Notes: generated by a model not told the origin, from the letters alone. A DNA stretch of 64,000 nt from Patescibacteria group bacterium UBA926 (GCA_002293685.1 DBDS01000002.1:31742-95741), one strand, 5' to 3'; shown: positions 38,089 through 47,543, counted from the stretch's first letter. A program made the numbers and translations.

Positions 38089-38180
38089 AAAATGAATTGA
38101 CAATATGCTTGTTTCTCGCTTATTTATGCGTTAAACAGCAATTAAAATTGCTTAGCTACTTAGCTAGCAAACTAAGACCA

Positions 38181-38209
38181 ATTTTATCTGATATTTCAAC
38201 TAATGTCAA
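38181..38209 (-). promoter_or_regulatory. sigma70-type promoter for the S10 operon (TTGACA-N17-TAAAAT)
   Basis: On the minus strand: catTTGACAttagttgaaatatcagaTAAAATtgg; a leader hairpin cagcaattaaaattgc lies downstream. Confidence 0.55.
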
Positions 38210-38244
38210 ATGTTTTTTAAAGAAAATCGTTGTTTTTGTATAGG

Positions 38245-38273
38245 TTTGACAAAAAGTGCTATAAATAGTATAA
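38245..38273 (+). promoter_or_regulatory. perfect-consensus sigma70 promoter TTGACA-N17-TATAAT
   Basis: gtTTGACAaaaagtgctataaatagTATAATgtg, about 35 bp from and divergent to the S10 promoter. Confidence 0.7.
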
Positions 38274-38309
38274 TGTGTAAAGTAAATTTCAGTATCTATG
38301 GAGGATATA

Positions 38310-38734
38310 TGTTGAAAAGTATCGTATTTGGAGGCATGAGCAGCCAAGAGTTTGTAATCGTCTACACTATTATGAATTCAAGATGTGTCTTTACACAAGC
38401 TGTGCCGCGCAACAATTGCATTACCATAAATTGGGCCGAAGAAATTATCGGAGAGATTATGGATAACGAAAAGCGTAGATATGACCGATTTTATAACTTA
38501 CTGATTATCAGGAAGCATCGGCCATTCGTACCTGTTCACGAGTCAAGGCCTCATCTGGAGTTTTGCGAAGTGATTAGCAAGCTTGAAGATAAGCCCGATC
38601 ATTCCACTGATTTCAAACACACCCGATTCCCCGATCAACTTCGCGAAGTTTTCAATGGGTTGATACCGAATAACGTGAAGCAGAAATCAAAGATGGTCGC
38701 TTCAGGATTCGGACAAAAGATCCATTCTTGGTAA
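38310..38734 (+). CDS. orphan 141-aa hypothetical protein
   Basis: GGAGG 6 nt upstream of the ATG. Preceded by the consensus promoter and followed by a strong terminator. No recognisable domain. Confidence 0.55.
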
Positions 38735-38767
38735 ATTTCAGGATTTCCTCAACGATAACTAATTAGA

Positions 38768-38793
38768 AGAGCCGCTCCCCGGCTCTTTTTTAT
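38768..38793 (+). terminator. rho-independent terminator
   Basis: agagccg-ctccc-cggctct followed by ttttttatt. Confidence 0.7.
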
Positions 38794-38832
38794 TATCCCA
38801 ACAAAAAACTCCCCAATTTCTGGGGGAGTTTT

Positions 38833-38863
38833 TAAGATCCTTCGGCTTCGCCTCAGGATGACA
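38833..38863. repeat. solo right arm of a family-1 element
   Basis: taagatccttcggcttcgcctcaggatgaca. Confidence 0.45.
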
Positions 38864-38866
38864 TAG

Positions 38867-40048
38867 TTATTTGTTGATTTTAACAACAACACCTGCACCT
38901 ACAGTTCGGCCACCTTCACGGATAGCGAACTTACCTTTTTCTTCCAAAGCGATCGGAGTGATCAACTTTACGTCGATGGTAACGGTGTCACCAGGCATAA
39001 CCATTTCTTGGCCTTCTGGCAAGATTACTTCACCAGTCACGTCGGTTGTACGAACGTAGAACTGTGGCTTGTAACCCTTGAAGAATGGAGTGTGACGTCC
39101 ACCTTCTTCTTTGGTCAAGATGTAAACTTCAGCAGAGAACTCAGTGTGAGGAGTGATAGAACCAGGCTTAGCCAAAACTTGGCCGCGCTCAACTTCTTCT
39201 TTCTTAACACCACGGAGCAATAGACCAGCGTTGTCACCAGCCATACCCTTGTCGAGCTGCTTGTTGAACATTTCAACACCAGTTACAACGGTCTTTGAAG
39301 TAGGTTTGATACCAACAATTTCAACTTCTTCGTTGATATTGATAACACCACGTTCGATACGACCTGTAACTACAGTACCGCGACCTTCAATTGTGAAGAT
39401 ATCTTCGATAGGCATTAAGAAAGGCTTATCGGTTTCGCGGGTTGGTTCAGGGATGAAAGTATCCAATGCTTCTACAAGCTTAAGGATAGTTTCTTCGTTT
39501 GCAGCATCTCCTTCGAGAGCTTTCAACGCAGAACCACGGATGATAGGAGTTTCAGCTCCTGGGAATTCGTACTTGCTTAGAAGATCACGAATTTCTTCTT
39601 CCACAAGATCCAAAAGTTCTGGATCGGAAACTTGGTCTACCTTGTTCATGTAAACAACGATAGAAGGTACACCTACCTGACGAGCGAGCAAGATGTGTTC
39701 GCGAGTCTGAGGCATAGGACCGTCTGCAGCTGATACTACAAGAATCGCACCATCCATTTGAGCAGCACCGGTAATCATGTTTTTGATGTAGTCGGCGTGA
39801 CCTGGACAGTCAACGTGAGCGTAGTGACGCTTGTCGGATTCGTATTCGCTGTGTGAGGTATTAATAGTAATACCACGAGCTTTTTCTTCTGGCGCGTTGT
39901 CGATTTGGTCGTAAGCCTTAGCTTTTGCCTTACCAGACTTCGCAAGCACAGTAGTGATAGCAGCGGTCAAAGTTGTCTTACCATGGTCAACGTGGCCGAT
40001 GGTTCCCACATTCAAATGGGGCTTTGAGCGATCAAATTGTTCTGCCAT
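38867..40048 (-). CDS. tuf: elongation factor Tu
   Basis: [23 protein letters not shown] and NKVD G-domain motifs; full-length at 393 aa. Confidence 0.97.
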   Translation of the reverse strand: MAEQFDRSKPHLNVGTIGHVDHGKTTLTAAITTVLAKSGKAKAKAYDQIDNAPEEKARGITINTSHSEYESDKRHYAHVDCPGHADYIKNMITGAAQMDGAILVVSAADGPMPQTREHILLARQVGVPSIVVYMNKVDQVSDPELLDLVEEEIRDLLSKYEFPGAETPIIRGSALKALEGDAANEETILKLVEALDTFIPEPTRETDKPFLMPIEDIFTIEGRGTVVTGRIERGVININEEVEIVGIKPTSKTVVTGVEMFNKQLDKGMAGDNAGLLLRGVKKEEVERGQVLAKPGSITPHTEFSAEVYILTKEEGGRHTPFFKGYKPQFYVRTTDVTGEVILPEGQEMVMPGDTVTIDVKLITPIALEEKGKFAIREGGRTVGAGVVVKINK

Positions 40049-40295
40049 TTGATGCCTTTCGAGCTATAAAAAGTTTTCAATTCTTGTCCCGAGATACCCT
40101 CGCTCCTTCCCCTATCGATGCGAGGAAAAAGAGAGGGTTTCTCTTTTTTTCACGTAGGAATCCAGAAACAAAAAGAGGTGAATTTATAGCGGTTAATTAT
40201 TATTTACCGTTATGTGCCGAAGTCGTTTGGCCAAGTTCGATACGAGCTTACTCGGGCCAAGCCCGAGTATCGCAAGCAGGAAAAAGTTGAGCAAG

Positions 40296-40335
40296 TTGCG
40301 AGCCGTACTAATAGTACGGTGAGCGACTAGCGGAA
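40296..40335. repeat. family-2 hairpin element
   Basis: gcgagccgtactaatagtacggtgagcgactagcgg. Confidence 0.55.
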
Positions 40336-40351
40336 ACTTTTGACAAAGAAA

Positions 40352-40422
40352 TTGGGCAAACCCGGAGGGCGAGTTTGATTGAAAGTCTGAATTTACTTCA
40401 GACTGAGATCAAACGAGCGACG
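40352..40422. repeat. family-3 structured element (copy 3 of 3)
   Basis: ttgggcaaacccggagggcgagtttgattgaaagtctgaatttacttcagactgagatcaaacgagcg. Confidence 0.65.
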
Positions 40423-40564
40423 AGGTACATACGATTATAAAATTGGCGGCCGCAAAGCGCGCCAATCAATAAGTATTCTAAGTCTTTTTACGTATCGCGT
40501 CAAGTTGCCAACCAGCCGGAAACGTGCCACAATGTAGGCATCATACACATAGGGGGTATTATAT

Positions 40565-40834
40565 ATGCCATACCGAACCTTGAAGGTGCATTGGATTCAA
40601 TATTTAAACGAAGAGAAGGTGTCTGATCTTTATTCATACCACTCTTCGCCAGAAACTTTTGAATTCTTTCGCATGAGATTCCTGAGAGAAAATAGAACCA
40701 AACAATCACCGTACCAATATTCCATTGGTTTGACAGGTTGGGTTCTGGTCTCTGATACTAAGGGCACAGCAATAAAAAATTCCATCTTTGGAATTTGGCA
40801 TGTTGATGACATGGAGGTGAAGCAGTCTGTTTAA
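40565..40834 (+). CDS. orphan 89-aa hypothetical protein
   Basis: AGGGGG 8 nt upstream of the ATG; TTGCCA-N17-(TGc)CACAAT promoter-like sequence; a terminator hairpin overlaps the stop codon. Confidence 0.45.
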   Translation: MPYRTLKVHWIQYLNEEKVSDLYSYHSSPETFEFFRMRFLRENRTKQSPYQYSIGLTGWVLVSDTKGTAIKNSIFGIWHVDDMEVKQSV

Positions 40835-40852
40835 CAGACTGCTTTTTCTTTT
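40821..40852 (+). terminator. rho-independent terminator
   Basis: agcagtctg-tttaa-cagactgct followed by ttttcttttt. Confidence 0.6.
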
Positions 40853-40856
40853 TACA

Positions 40857-41249
40857 TTAAACCTTAAGTCGAATTAACTTACCTTTGCGTTTGACAATGT
40901 TTTTATAATCCCATTGGACTGTCTTTGATTCTTTCAACCAAAGTCTTAAATCCTTTAATTTGATTTCATCTGCTGAAGTGTAATTTTTTTGAGCAGCTTT
41001 AAAGCTTCCTTCTTTTTCTAGACCTTTGGCTTTAAAAGATTGCCCACTCCAGAATAATAATGTTACCCCAACTTTTCTTTTGGAATATCCAGCGACTGGA
41101 TTTCCTTCGATAAACCAAACTGGGCCGCCGTGCCAAAGTTTGCTTTCTGCTTTTTTGAGAGACTTATCGATTTCTTCGGCTAACTTTTTACTAATAGCTT
41201 TGTCTTCGCCTTTGAGCGCGTTGTTATATTTTTGAATGTCTTTGTGCAT
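40857..41249 (-). CDS. DUF1801 (YdhG/YdeI)-like protein
   Basis: Shape and motifs resemble DUF1801. The start is probably the internal Met (MHKDIQKY...), which avoids overlap with the upstream gene. Confidence 0.45.
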   Translation of the reverse strand: MHKDIQKYNNALKGEDKAISKKLAEEIDKSLKKAESKLWHGGPVWFIEGNPVAGYSKRKVGVTLLFWSGQSFKAKGLEKEGSFKAAQKNYTSADEIKLKDLRLWLKESKTVQWDYKNIVKRKGKLIRLKV

Positions 41250-41253
41250 AGAT

Positions 41254-41694
41254 TTAAATATCATCAAAGTTTGGTTTGATTTCTTCGTCGTCCATTGAGA
41301 CGCGCGGCGCTCCCAAACGACCATAATTTGGATCCATCACTTCTTCGCGCGGATCGTAATCAATTTCTTCAATGCGAGATGCTGCGGGATGAGACACAAA
41401 TAAATTCCGCGCTCTATCTTGAAGAATCTGGCCGATTGGCTCAGGCATTTTAATTGGCCCACCGATTGTCTCTAAATTACTCTCTCCCAAATCCATATTC
41501 TCACGGAGTTGAGCTTCAAGAATTTCGCGATTGATTTTTTCTCTATCAACTTCTTCGACCTGTGGTTTTTCGGAACCACTCATTTTTCGATACTCTGCCT
41601 CACCAAGAAAAACACCTTTCACTTCCCCTTCACCATTAACAATCACCACTTTCCCCTGCTGGCCTGCTAAATTGATTAAGTCTTTGAGATTCAT
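41254..41694 (-). CDS. hypothetical protein with Phd/YefM-like N-terminal fold and long acidic tail
   Basis: N-terminus LKDLINLAGQQGKVVIVNGEGEVKGVFLGEAEYRKM resembles antitoxin Phd/YefM. No partner toxin is evident. Confidence 0.4.
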   Translation of the reverse strand: MNLKDLINLAGQQGKVVIVNGEGEVKGVFLGEAEYRKMSGSEKPQVEEVDREKINREILEAQLRENMDLGESNLETIGGPIKMPEPIGQILQDRARNLFVSHPAASRIEEIDYDPREEVMDPNYGRLGAPRVSMDDEEIKPNFDDI

Positions 41695-41747
41695 AATCGC
41701 ATCTTAGCACAAAAAAACCACCTTTTAGAAGATGGTCTTATTATTTA

Positions 41748-42968
41748 TTACATTTTGAGCTCAAACACCCTAACGGTAAAGCTTCCATCAATCATCTCAG
41801 TTCCCACGCATCGGATGAATTTGGTCAAAGGTACTACTGCACAAGCTCGAAATTCTCCACCAAATTCGAATGACTCTCGCCATGTCGCGCCACCATTTTC
41901 AGAAACTATAATACCGCCACCCTGTTCACCAATAAATACAGCGTTACCACCAGATGCGTAAATCAAACCATTATCCACGGGCAAGACATGTCTAATTGGC
42001 CATTTGGGTTCAGCTAATCTCTGTCCCCAGGTTGCTCCACCATCTGTAGTTTTATATATCCAGCCCTGTGATTCTGGAAAGATCATTCCTCCAGCTACGA
42101 AGCCTGTATTGTTGTCCAAAAACTGAACCGATCCATCAAATATTGGGTCAATTGATTCACGACACGACCAACCAAAACCGTTATTATTGCTAGTACAAAA
42201 ATTTATCCCTGCTAAATGTGCAGTTGTACCAATAAAACTGGATTGATGACCAAACCAACCATCTTGGTTAGGGTGAGGTTCAACTCGACGCAACTCGCTC
42301 GAACCACGACCATAAAATACCGAAGGGACTCCATCCACCACACTCATAGCTGGGCTGATTACATTACTACCATTCCCTACCACATCCATTAGCCAATCTT
42401 CATTAGACAATATTGACTTAGGGTTCCAGATTATACCACCATCATAAGAGCTATAAATGAATCCCTGTGAGGCATCAGAAGCATTGCTATAACCAGAAAC
42501 CATTAAGTGATTTCCAGGACCGAGGTATAATCCTGAAAAGAATTCGGGTGGATTATTGGTAGCTGTCCAAGAAACAATCCATGTACGTCCTCCATCAAGA
42601 GTCCGGTAAATATTTTTCTCAGTCAATAAGTAACCTCTATTTTGATCAACGAATACTATTCTTTGCGCAAAATTATCGCTTATACTGCTAATTAATTCCC
42701 AATCATCTTCACCCTTCTCAATATCAAGAGCTGGTACTTGAACGGCTCTCAAAGCACTCAGGTCTCTAAAAGCAGAAGCCTTCTGACCACCAGCAACACT
42801 AGCTGGGAAGATGGCCGTCACCACTTCCTCATCACCACCTTTTTGCGAAGCTGAACTCAATAATCCTCGCAAAGTGCCATTCTCAGCCAAAATCATGGTT
42901 GATACTAATACCAACACTGCCACACCAGCCAGGATAAAGGGTGATTTATTTTGTCGTTTTTGTTTCAT
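41748..42968 (-). CDS. exported BNR/Asp-box repeat protein (Ycf48-like / sialidase-like beta-propeller)
   Basis: Signal peptide; repeated DGGRTW, DGGIIW, DGGATWG and NGGATW Asp-box motifs. Confidence 0.7.
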   Translation of the reverse strand: MKQKRQNKSPFILAGVAVLVLVSTMILAENGTLRGLLSSASQKGGDEEVVTAIFPASVAGGQKASAFRDLSALRAVQVPALDIEKGEDDWELISSISDNFAQRIVFVDQNRGYLLTEKNIYRTLDGGRTWIVSWTATNNPPEFFSGLYLGPGNHLMVSGYSNASDASQGFIYSSYDGGIIWNPKSILSNEDWLMDVVGNGSNVISPAMSVVDGVPSVFYGRGSSELRRVEPHPNQDGWFGHQSSFIGTTAHLAGINFCTSNNNGFGWSCRESIDPIFDGSVQFLDNNTGFVAGGMIFPESQGWIYKTTDGGATWGQRLAEPKWPIRHVLPVDNGLIYASGGNAVFIGEQGGGIIVSENGGATWRESFEFGGEFRACAVVPLTKFIRCVGTEMIDGSFTVRVFELKM

Positions 42969-43053
42969 AAATATTGCTCAATTAAGATAAGTATAACATA
43001 AAACCGCCCTTTCGAGCGGTTTTTTATTTAGGTCCAAGTTTACAAGCACAGAG

Positions 43054-43896
43054 TTATTTAGATTTTTTCTGTATAAAAGTAATCTGTTCTGAACCGTCTT
43101 TTCTATCTAATCGATATATTTCCAATAGACCGTTTTCTCTTATTTCCACTAACTCGCCGAAATTACTTGTCAGGTTAAAAACTTGTCCGTTTTCTGGTTT
43201 TGTAATTTTGGGAGGTGGAATTATACCATCCGTATGATCTATATATTTCGCCATCATATTTGTTAAATCTGTAACATCAGGGTCCTGCTGACGCTTGATT
43301 TGGGTTTGATCACTTTGCCATGTCATATATTTCATACAGCTGTCAGTGCCATCCTTATACCTATAATCCAAACCTGAAGACCATCCCATATATTGACAAA
43401 GTAGCTTATTTCTCCAAAAGACATTACCGAAAACTGATGTTTTATCAAAGAGCGCACCATCATTAAAGATGAAAAGTGCATCAGTGATGTGCCCAGAATC
43501 AGGGATATGGCCGTAAGTCCCTAAGGCTAACACACCATAATCGGGATCATTAATTGTACAAAAATTCATGTATCCAACATATATAAAACACTCTTCAGAC
43601 TCATCCCCTGGCACAATACTAAAATTTAAAGCTCCGTTACTTTCCCAATTAGCTATTGCTCTAGTAAAATGTATGTCCCAACCTCTGGAAGCGCTATCTA
43701 AAAGTGCAACCTGGCCATGAGCCCAATGCGGTGATGGTTCTTCATTGGCACTTGAGCTTAATGGTTGCGGTGCATAAGAACTGTAATAGCGAACGTAGAC
43801 TAAACCTGCGGCGGCAGTTATCACGAATAGAGCAAGTAATAAATTGATTCTGTGCTTGGAATTCCATTTTTTTAGGAACTTTGACATATTTTTCAT
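43054..43896 (-). CDS. hypothetical membrane-anchored protein
   Basis: N-terminal TM helix; no recognised motifs. Confidence 0.45.
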   Translation of the reverse strand: MKNMSKFLKKWNSKHRINLLLALFVITAAAGLVYVRYYSSYAPQPLSSSANEEPSPHWAHGQVALLDSASRGWDIHFTRAIANWESNGALNFSIVPGDESEECFIYVGYMNFCTINDPDYGVLALGTYGHIPDSGHITDALFIFNDGALFDKTSVFGNVFWRNKLLCQYMGWSSGLDYRYKDGTDSCMKYMTWQSDQTQIKRQQDPDVTDLTNMMAKYIDHTDGIIPPPKITKPENGQVFNLTSNFGELVEIRENGLLEIYRLDRKDGSEQITFIQKKSK

Positions 43897-43999
43897 GAAT
43901 TATTTTAACTCACCTTAAGTATAAGTAAATGAGACTGAACGAAGAAATGACTTATCCACAAAAAAAACCGCCCCGAAGGGCGGTTTTTATAAACAGATA

Positions 44000-46123
44000 T
44001 TATTGCCCCTTACGAACATTCATGCCCGCGCGAGATTCAATAATATTAGCAGCAACATTTTTTGGAACTTCTTCGTAGTGATCGAATTCCATAATAGAAG
44101 ATGCTTGACCTTGGGTCATAGAGCGAAGTTGTGTCGCGTAACCAAACATTTCGGCTAGCGGTACAAAGGCAGTCACAACTTTGCGACCAGTGATATCTTC
44201 CATATCTTGTACTTTCGCGCGCTTAGAGTTCAAGTCACCGATAACGTCTCCCATGTTCGCTTCTGGGGTAGTTACTACAACTTTCATCACCGGTTCAAGT
44301 AGTACAGGATCACCTTTCTTGACGGCTTCTTGTAAACACTTGGATGCAGCAATTTTGAAAGCCATTTCCGAAGAGTCAACTTCGTGATAGCTACCATCAT
44401 AAACAGCAGCTCGGAAGTCTACTAATGGGTAACCAGCGATCACACCGTTAGCAGCAGATTCTTGAATACCTTTATCAATTGGCTTGATGTATTCTTTTGG
44501 AATTACACCACCCACAATCTCATCAACGAATTCATAACCCTTACCTTGTTCAAGAGGTTCAACACGCAAGTAAACGTGACCATATTGACCGCGTCCACCA
44601 GACTGACGAATATACTTTACTTCTGCTGTTGCAGTTTTCTTGAAAGATTCTTTGTAAGCAACTTCTGGCTTACCAACGTTCGCTTCAACTTTGAATTCTC
44701 GCTTCATACGATCGACAAGAATTTCCAAGTGAAGCTCGCCCATACCAGCAATAATAGTTTGCTGAGTTTCATCGTTGGAAGAAACTTTGAAAGTTGGATC
44801 TTCTTCCGCAAGCTTTTGCATCGCGATACCCATTTTTTCTTGGTCCGCTTTAGTCTTCGGTTCAATCGCCATCGAAATAACTGGATCAGCGAATTTAATC
44901 TTTTCTAATTCGATTGGAGAGTTCTCGGCACAAAGAGTGTCGGCTGTGATTGTGTCCTTTGGACCAACCAACGCACAAATGTCTCCGGCGAAAACCTCTT
45001 TTACTTCGTCACGTTGATCGGCGCGCATACGCACAATACGACCAACACGTTCACGGTTACCAGTACGACCGTTAAGTACGTAAGAACCAGCGGTCAAAGT
45101 TCCAGAGTAAACACGGAAGAAAGCAAGGCGTCCTACGAAAGGATCGGTTGCGATTTTGAAAGCAAGCGCTGTAAATGGTTCATCATCACTTGGATTGCGA
45201 AGTAGCTCTTCACCAGTTTTTGGATTGTGGCCTTTAACAGGACCCTTGTCCAAAGGAGATGGTAAGAAGTTTGTAACAGCATCGAGCAATGTGCGTACGA
45301 TAATTCCGCGACCATCACCACCGAATACAGGATAGAAGTCGCCGGATCGAGTAGCTTTACGAATGGCTTGTAAAATTTCCTCTTCGGAAAGTTCTTTACC
45401 TTCTAAGTATTTCTCCATTAACTCATCGTCAAACTCTACAATTTTTTCGATTAGTTCATGGCGGTATTTCTCGGCCTTTTCTTTCATATCAGCTGGAACT
45501 TCACCGATTGTAAATTCTTTGTCTGTGAAATCCTTATAAGTGTAAGACTTCATAGTTACTAAGTCGACAACACCAACAATGTCTTTTTCGAAACCAATCG
45601 GCAGTTGAACTGGAAAAGCGTTCTTGGTTAAGCGGTTATGAATTGAATCCAAAGACTTGTAGAAGTCGCCGCCAGTTTGGTTAATCTTATTGATGAAGCA
45701 CATGCGTGGTACGCCATACTTGTCGGCTTGGCGCCAGACAGTTTCGGATTGAGGTTCAACACCCATTTTACCGTCAAATACGGTAATCGCACCGTCGAGT
45801 ACGCGCAAAGAGCGCTCTACTTCTACTGTGAAGTCTACGTGACCTGGAGTGTCGATAATGTTGATTTTATATTCCTTGTCACCTTCAATCTTGATGTATT
45901 GAGGTTTCCAGTAACAAGTAACAGCCGCGGAAGTGATAGTGATACCACGTTCGCGTTCTTGTTCCATCCAATCGGTAACGGTTTCACCTTCGTGAACTGC
46001 ACCGATCTTGTGGATCATACCGGTGTTGTACAAAATACCTTCGGTAGTTGTAGTTTTGCCGGCGTCGATGTGAGCGATAATCCCGATATTACGGGTCGCT
46101 TCTATTGGATATTCTCTGGGCAT
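44000..46123 (-). CDS. fusA: elongation factor G
   Basis: [20 protein letters not shown] and NKMD motifs; 707 aa. Confidence 0.97.
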   Translation of the reverse strand: MPREYPIEATRNIGIIAHIDAGKTTTTEGILYNTGMIHKIGAVHEGETVTDWMEQERERGITITSAAVTCYWKPQYIKIEGDKEYKINIIDTPGHVDFTVEVERSLRVLDGAITVFDGKMGVEPQSETVWRQADKYGVPRMCFINKINQTGGDFYKSLDSIHNRLTKNAFPVQLPIGFEKDIVGVVDLVTMKSYTYKDFTDKEFTIGEVPADMKEKAEKYRHELIEKIVEFDDELMEKYLEGKELSEEEILQAIRKATRSGDFYPVFGGDGRGIIVRTLLDAVTNFLPSPLDKGPVKGHNPKTGEELLRNPSDDEPFTALAFKIATDPFVGRLAFFRVYSGTLTAGSYVLNGRTGNRERVGRIVRMRADQRDEVKEVFAGDICALVGPKDTITADTLCAENSPIELEKIKFADPVISMAIEPKTKADQEKMGIAMQKLAEEDPTFKVSSNDETQQTIIAGMGELHLEILVDRMKREFKVEANVGKPEVAYKESFKKTATAEVKYIRQSGGRGQYGHVYLRVEPLEQGKGYEFVDEIVGGVIPKEYIKPIDKGIQESAANGVIAGYPLVDFRAAVYDGSYHEVDSSEMAFKIAASKCLQEAVKKGDPVLLEPVMKVVVTTPEANMGDVIGDLNSKRAKVQDMEDITGRKVVTAFVPLAEMFGYATQLRSMTQGQASSIMEFDHYEEVPKNVAANIIESRAGMNVRKGQ

Positions 46124-46129
46124 GTTAAT

Positions 46130-46158
46130 TTGAATAAATACTAATTTTTAAATATAAT
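46130..46158 (+). promoter_or_regulatory. promoter-like TTGAAT-N17-TATAAT
   Basis: tTTGAATaaatactaatttttaaaTATAATtg, upstream of the 46177 ORF. Confidence 0.5.
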
Positions 46159-46176
46159 TGAATTAAGGAGGTGGAG

Positions 46177-46398
46177 ATGGTACTGGTTAAAGGCAAAATT
46201 CGACAAATGGGCTCTGAGGAATGGGAATCATTCGAAGAAAGTGTCGAACCCAGGATTGATACCAAACCTGAGAACATGCGTAGACAAATGAAAATGCATT
46301 TTCATTTGGTAGATGGCGAGGAGATCGAAATCGAATCGATCATATCTCATGCTGTTATTGCGTTCAGTAATGAACCGCAAACAGAGATTAGCTTTTAG
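46177..46398 (+). CDS. orphan 73-aa acidic hypothetical protein between fusA and rpsG
   Basis: AGGAGG 6 nt upstream of the ATG; own promoter; the stop lies in the loop of a plus-strand-specific terminator. Confidence 0.5.
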   Translation: MVLVKGKIRQMGSEEWESFEESVEPRIDTKPENMRRQMKMHFHLVDGEEIEIESIISHAVIAFSNEPQTEISF

Positions 46399-46420
46399 CT
46401 GGTCTCTTTTTTATTTTCTC
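46384..46420 (+). terminator. rho-independent terminator (plus-strand specific, has U.G pairs)
   Basis: agagattagc-tttta-gctggtctct followed by tttttatttt. Confidence 0.55.
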
Positions 46421-46968
46421 TTATTTCCGAAACGGGCGAAGTGAGCAAATGCTTTGTTTGCTTCAGCCATACGGTGAGTATCATCGCGCTTCTTCACAGC
46501 AGTTCCCTGCTTGTTGAACGCATCCATGATTTCTTGCGCAAGCTTTTGCGCCATAGGAGCGCCTTTGCGTGAACGCGCTGCAGCAATCATCCATTTCATA
46601 CCTAATGCTGTGCGACGTGGCTCTTGCACTTCCATAGGAACTTGGTAGTTTGAACCACCAATGCGACGACCTTTAATTTCCATAATTGGAGATACATTTT
46701 TCAATGCGATATCAAAAATCTGGCGAGGGTCGGTAATTTTTGCATCTGCAACTTCAGCAACAGAACCATCTTGTTCTTTGCTAGCTGGTGCAGAATTTTT
46801 AGACATCTTTTCTTCAACGATATCTAGCGCAGTGTAGAAAATTTTCTGTGAAGTTGTCTTCTTACCGCGTTCCATCAAATAGTTGATGAATTTTGCATAC
46901 TTAACACTGCTGAACTTTGGATCTGGTTCAGGTACGTGCTTTTCAAAACTTCTTGCTCTTCGTGGCAT
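46411..46968 (-). CDS. rpsG: 30S ribosomal protein S7
   Basis: MPRRARSFEKHVPEPDPKF start. Confidence 0.95.
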   Translation of the reverse strand: MPRRARSFEKHVPEPDPKFSSVKYAKFINYLMERGKKTTSQKIFYTALDIVEEKMSKNSAPASKEQDGSVAEVADAKITDPRQIFDIALKNVSPIMEIKGRRIGGSNYQVPMEVQEPRRTALGMKWMIAAARSRKGAPMAQKLAQEIMDAFNKQGTAVKKRDDTHRMAEANKAFAHFARFGNKRK

Positions 46969-47049
46969 CTTAGTTTTTCCTTTCAGAATTCCCGGAAGCG
47001 AAGCTATCCGGGATCTAGACCCCGGCTCTTCGGCCGGGTATACTTTTTT

Positions 47050-47475
47050 CTAAGCGGCGGCTGATGGACGCTTAGTTCCATACTTTGAACGAGAGCGTTT
47101 TCGACCGTCAACGCCTAGGGTGTCCAATTTACCACGAACAATGTGGTAGCGCACACCAGGTAAATCTTTTACACGACCACCGCGGATCATTACCACACTG
47201 TGTTCCTGTAAATTGTGACCAACACCAGGAATGTACGCGAGTACTTCCATGCCGTTAGTTAATTTAATCTTGGCTACTTTACGCAAAGCCGAGTTCGGCT
47301 TCTTTGGAGTAGTTGTATAAACTTTTAGACAAACCCCTCGCATGAACGGGCTACCTGTCTTGATGAACAATGTCTTGTTCTTGATTAAGTTCTGACGGCG
47401 TTGTAGGGCCGGAGACTTACTCTTGGTTTGGGCAAGTTTTCTTGGCTTGCGAACCAACTGGTTAATAGTAGGCAC
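47050..47475 (-). CDS. rpsL: 30S ribosomal protein S12
   Basis: [13 protein letters not shown] start and the [11 protein letters not shown] region. Confidence 0.97.
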   Translation of the reverse strand: MPTINQLVRKPRKLAQTKSKSPALQRRQNLIKNKTLFIKTGSPFMRGVCLKVYTTTPKKPNSALRKVAKIKLTNGMEVLAYIPGVGHNLQEHSVVMIRGGRVKDLPGVRYHIVRGKLDTLGVDGRKRSRSKYGTKRPSAAA

Positions 47476-47543
47476 TTCTTTGACCTTTCGTGGGATGACA
47501 CGTCCCTATTAATTTTTTACTAAGCTACTTATGTGATTGAGGT

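Noticed and set aside
39008-40290. Plus-strand ORFs antisense to tuf (71, 166 and 105 aa)
   Set aside because: They are antisense shadows within a conserved EF-Tu gene, with no expression signals.
44181-46144. Plus-strand ORFs antisense to fusA
   Set aside because: They lie within a conserved EF-G coding region and have no signals.
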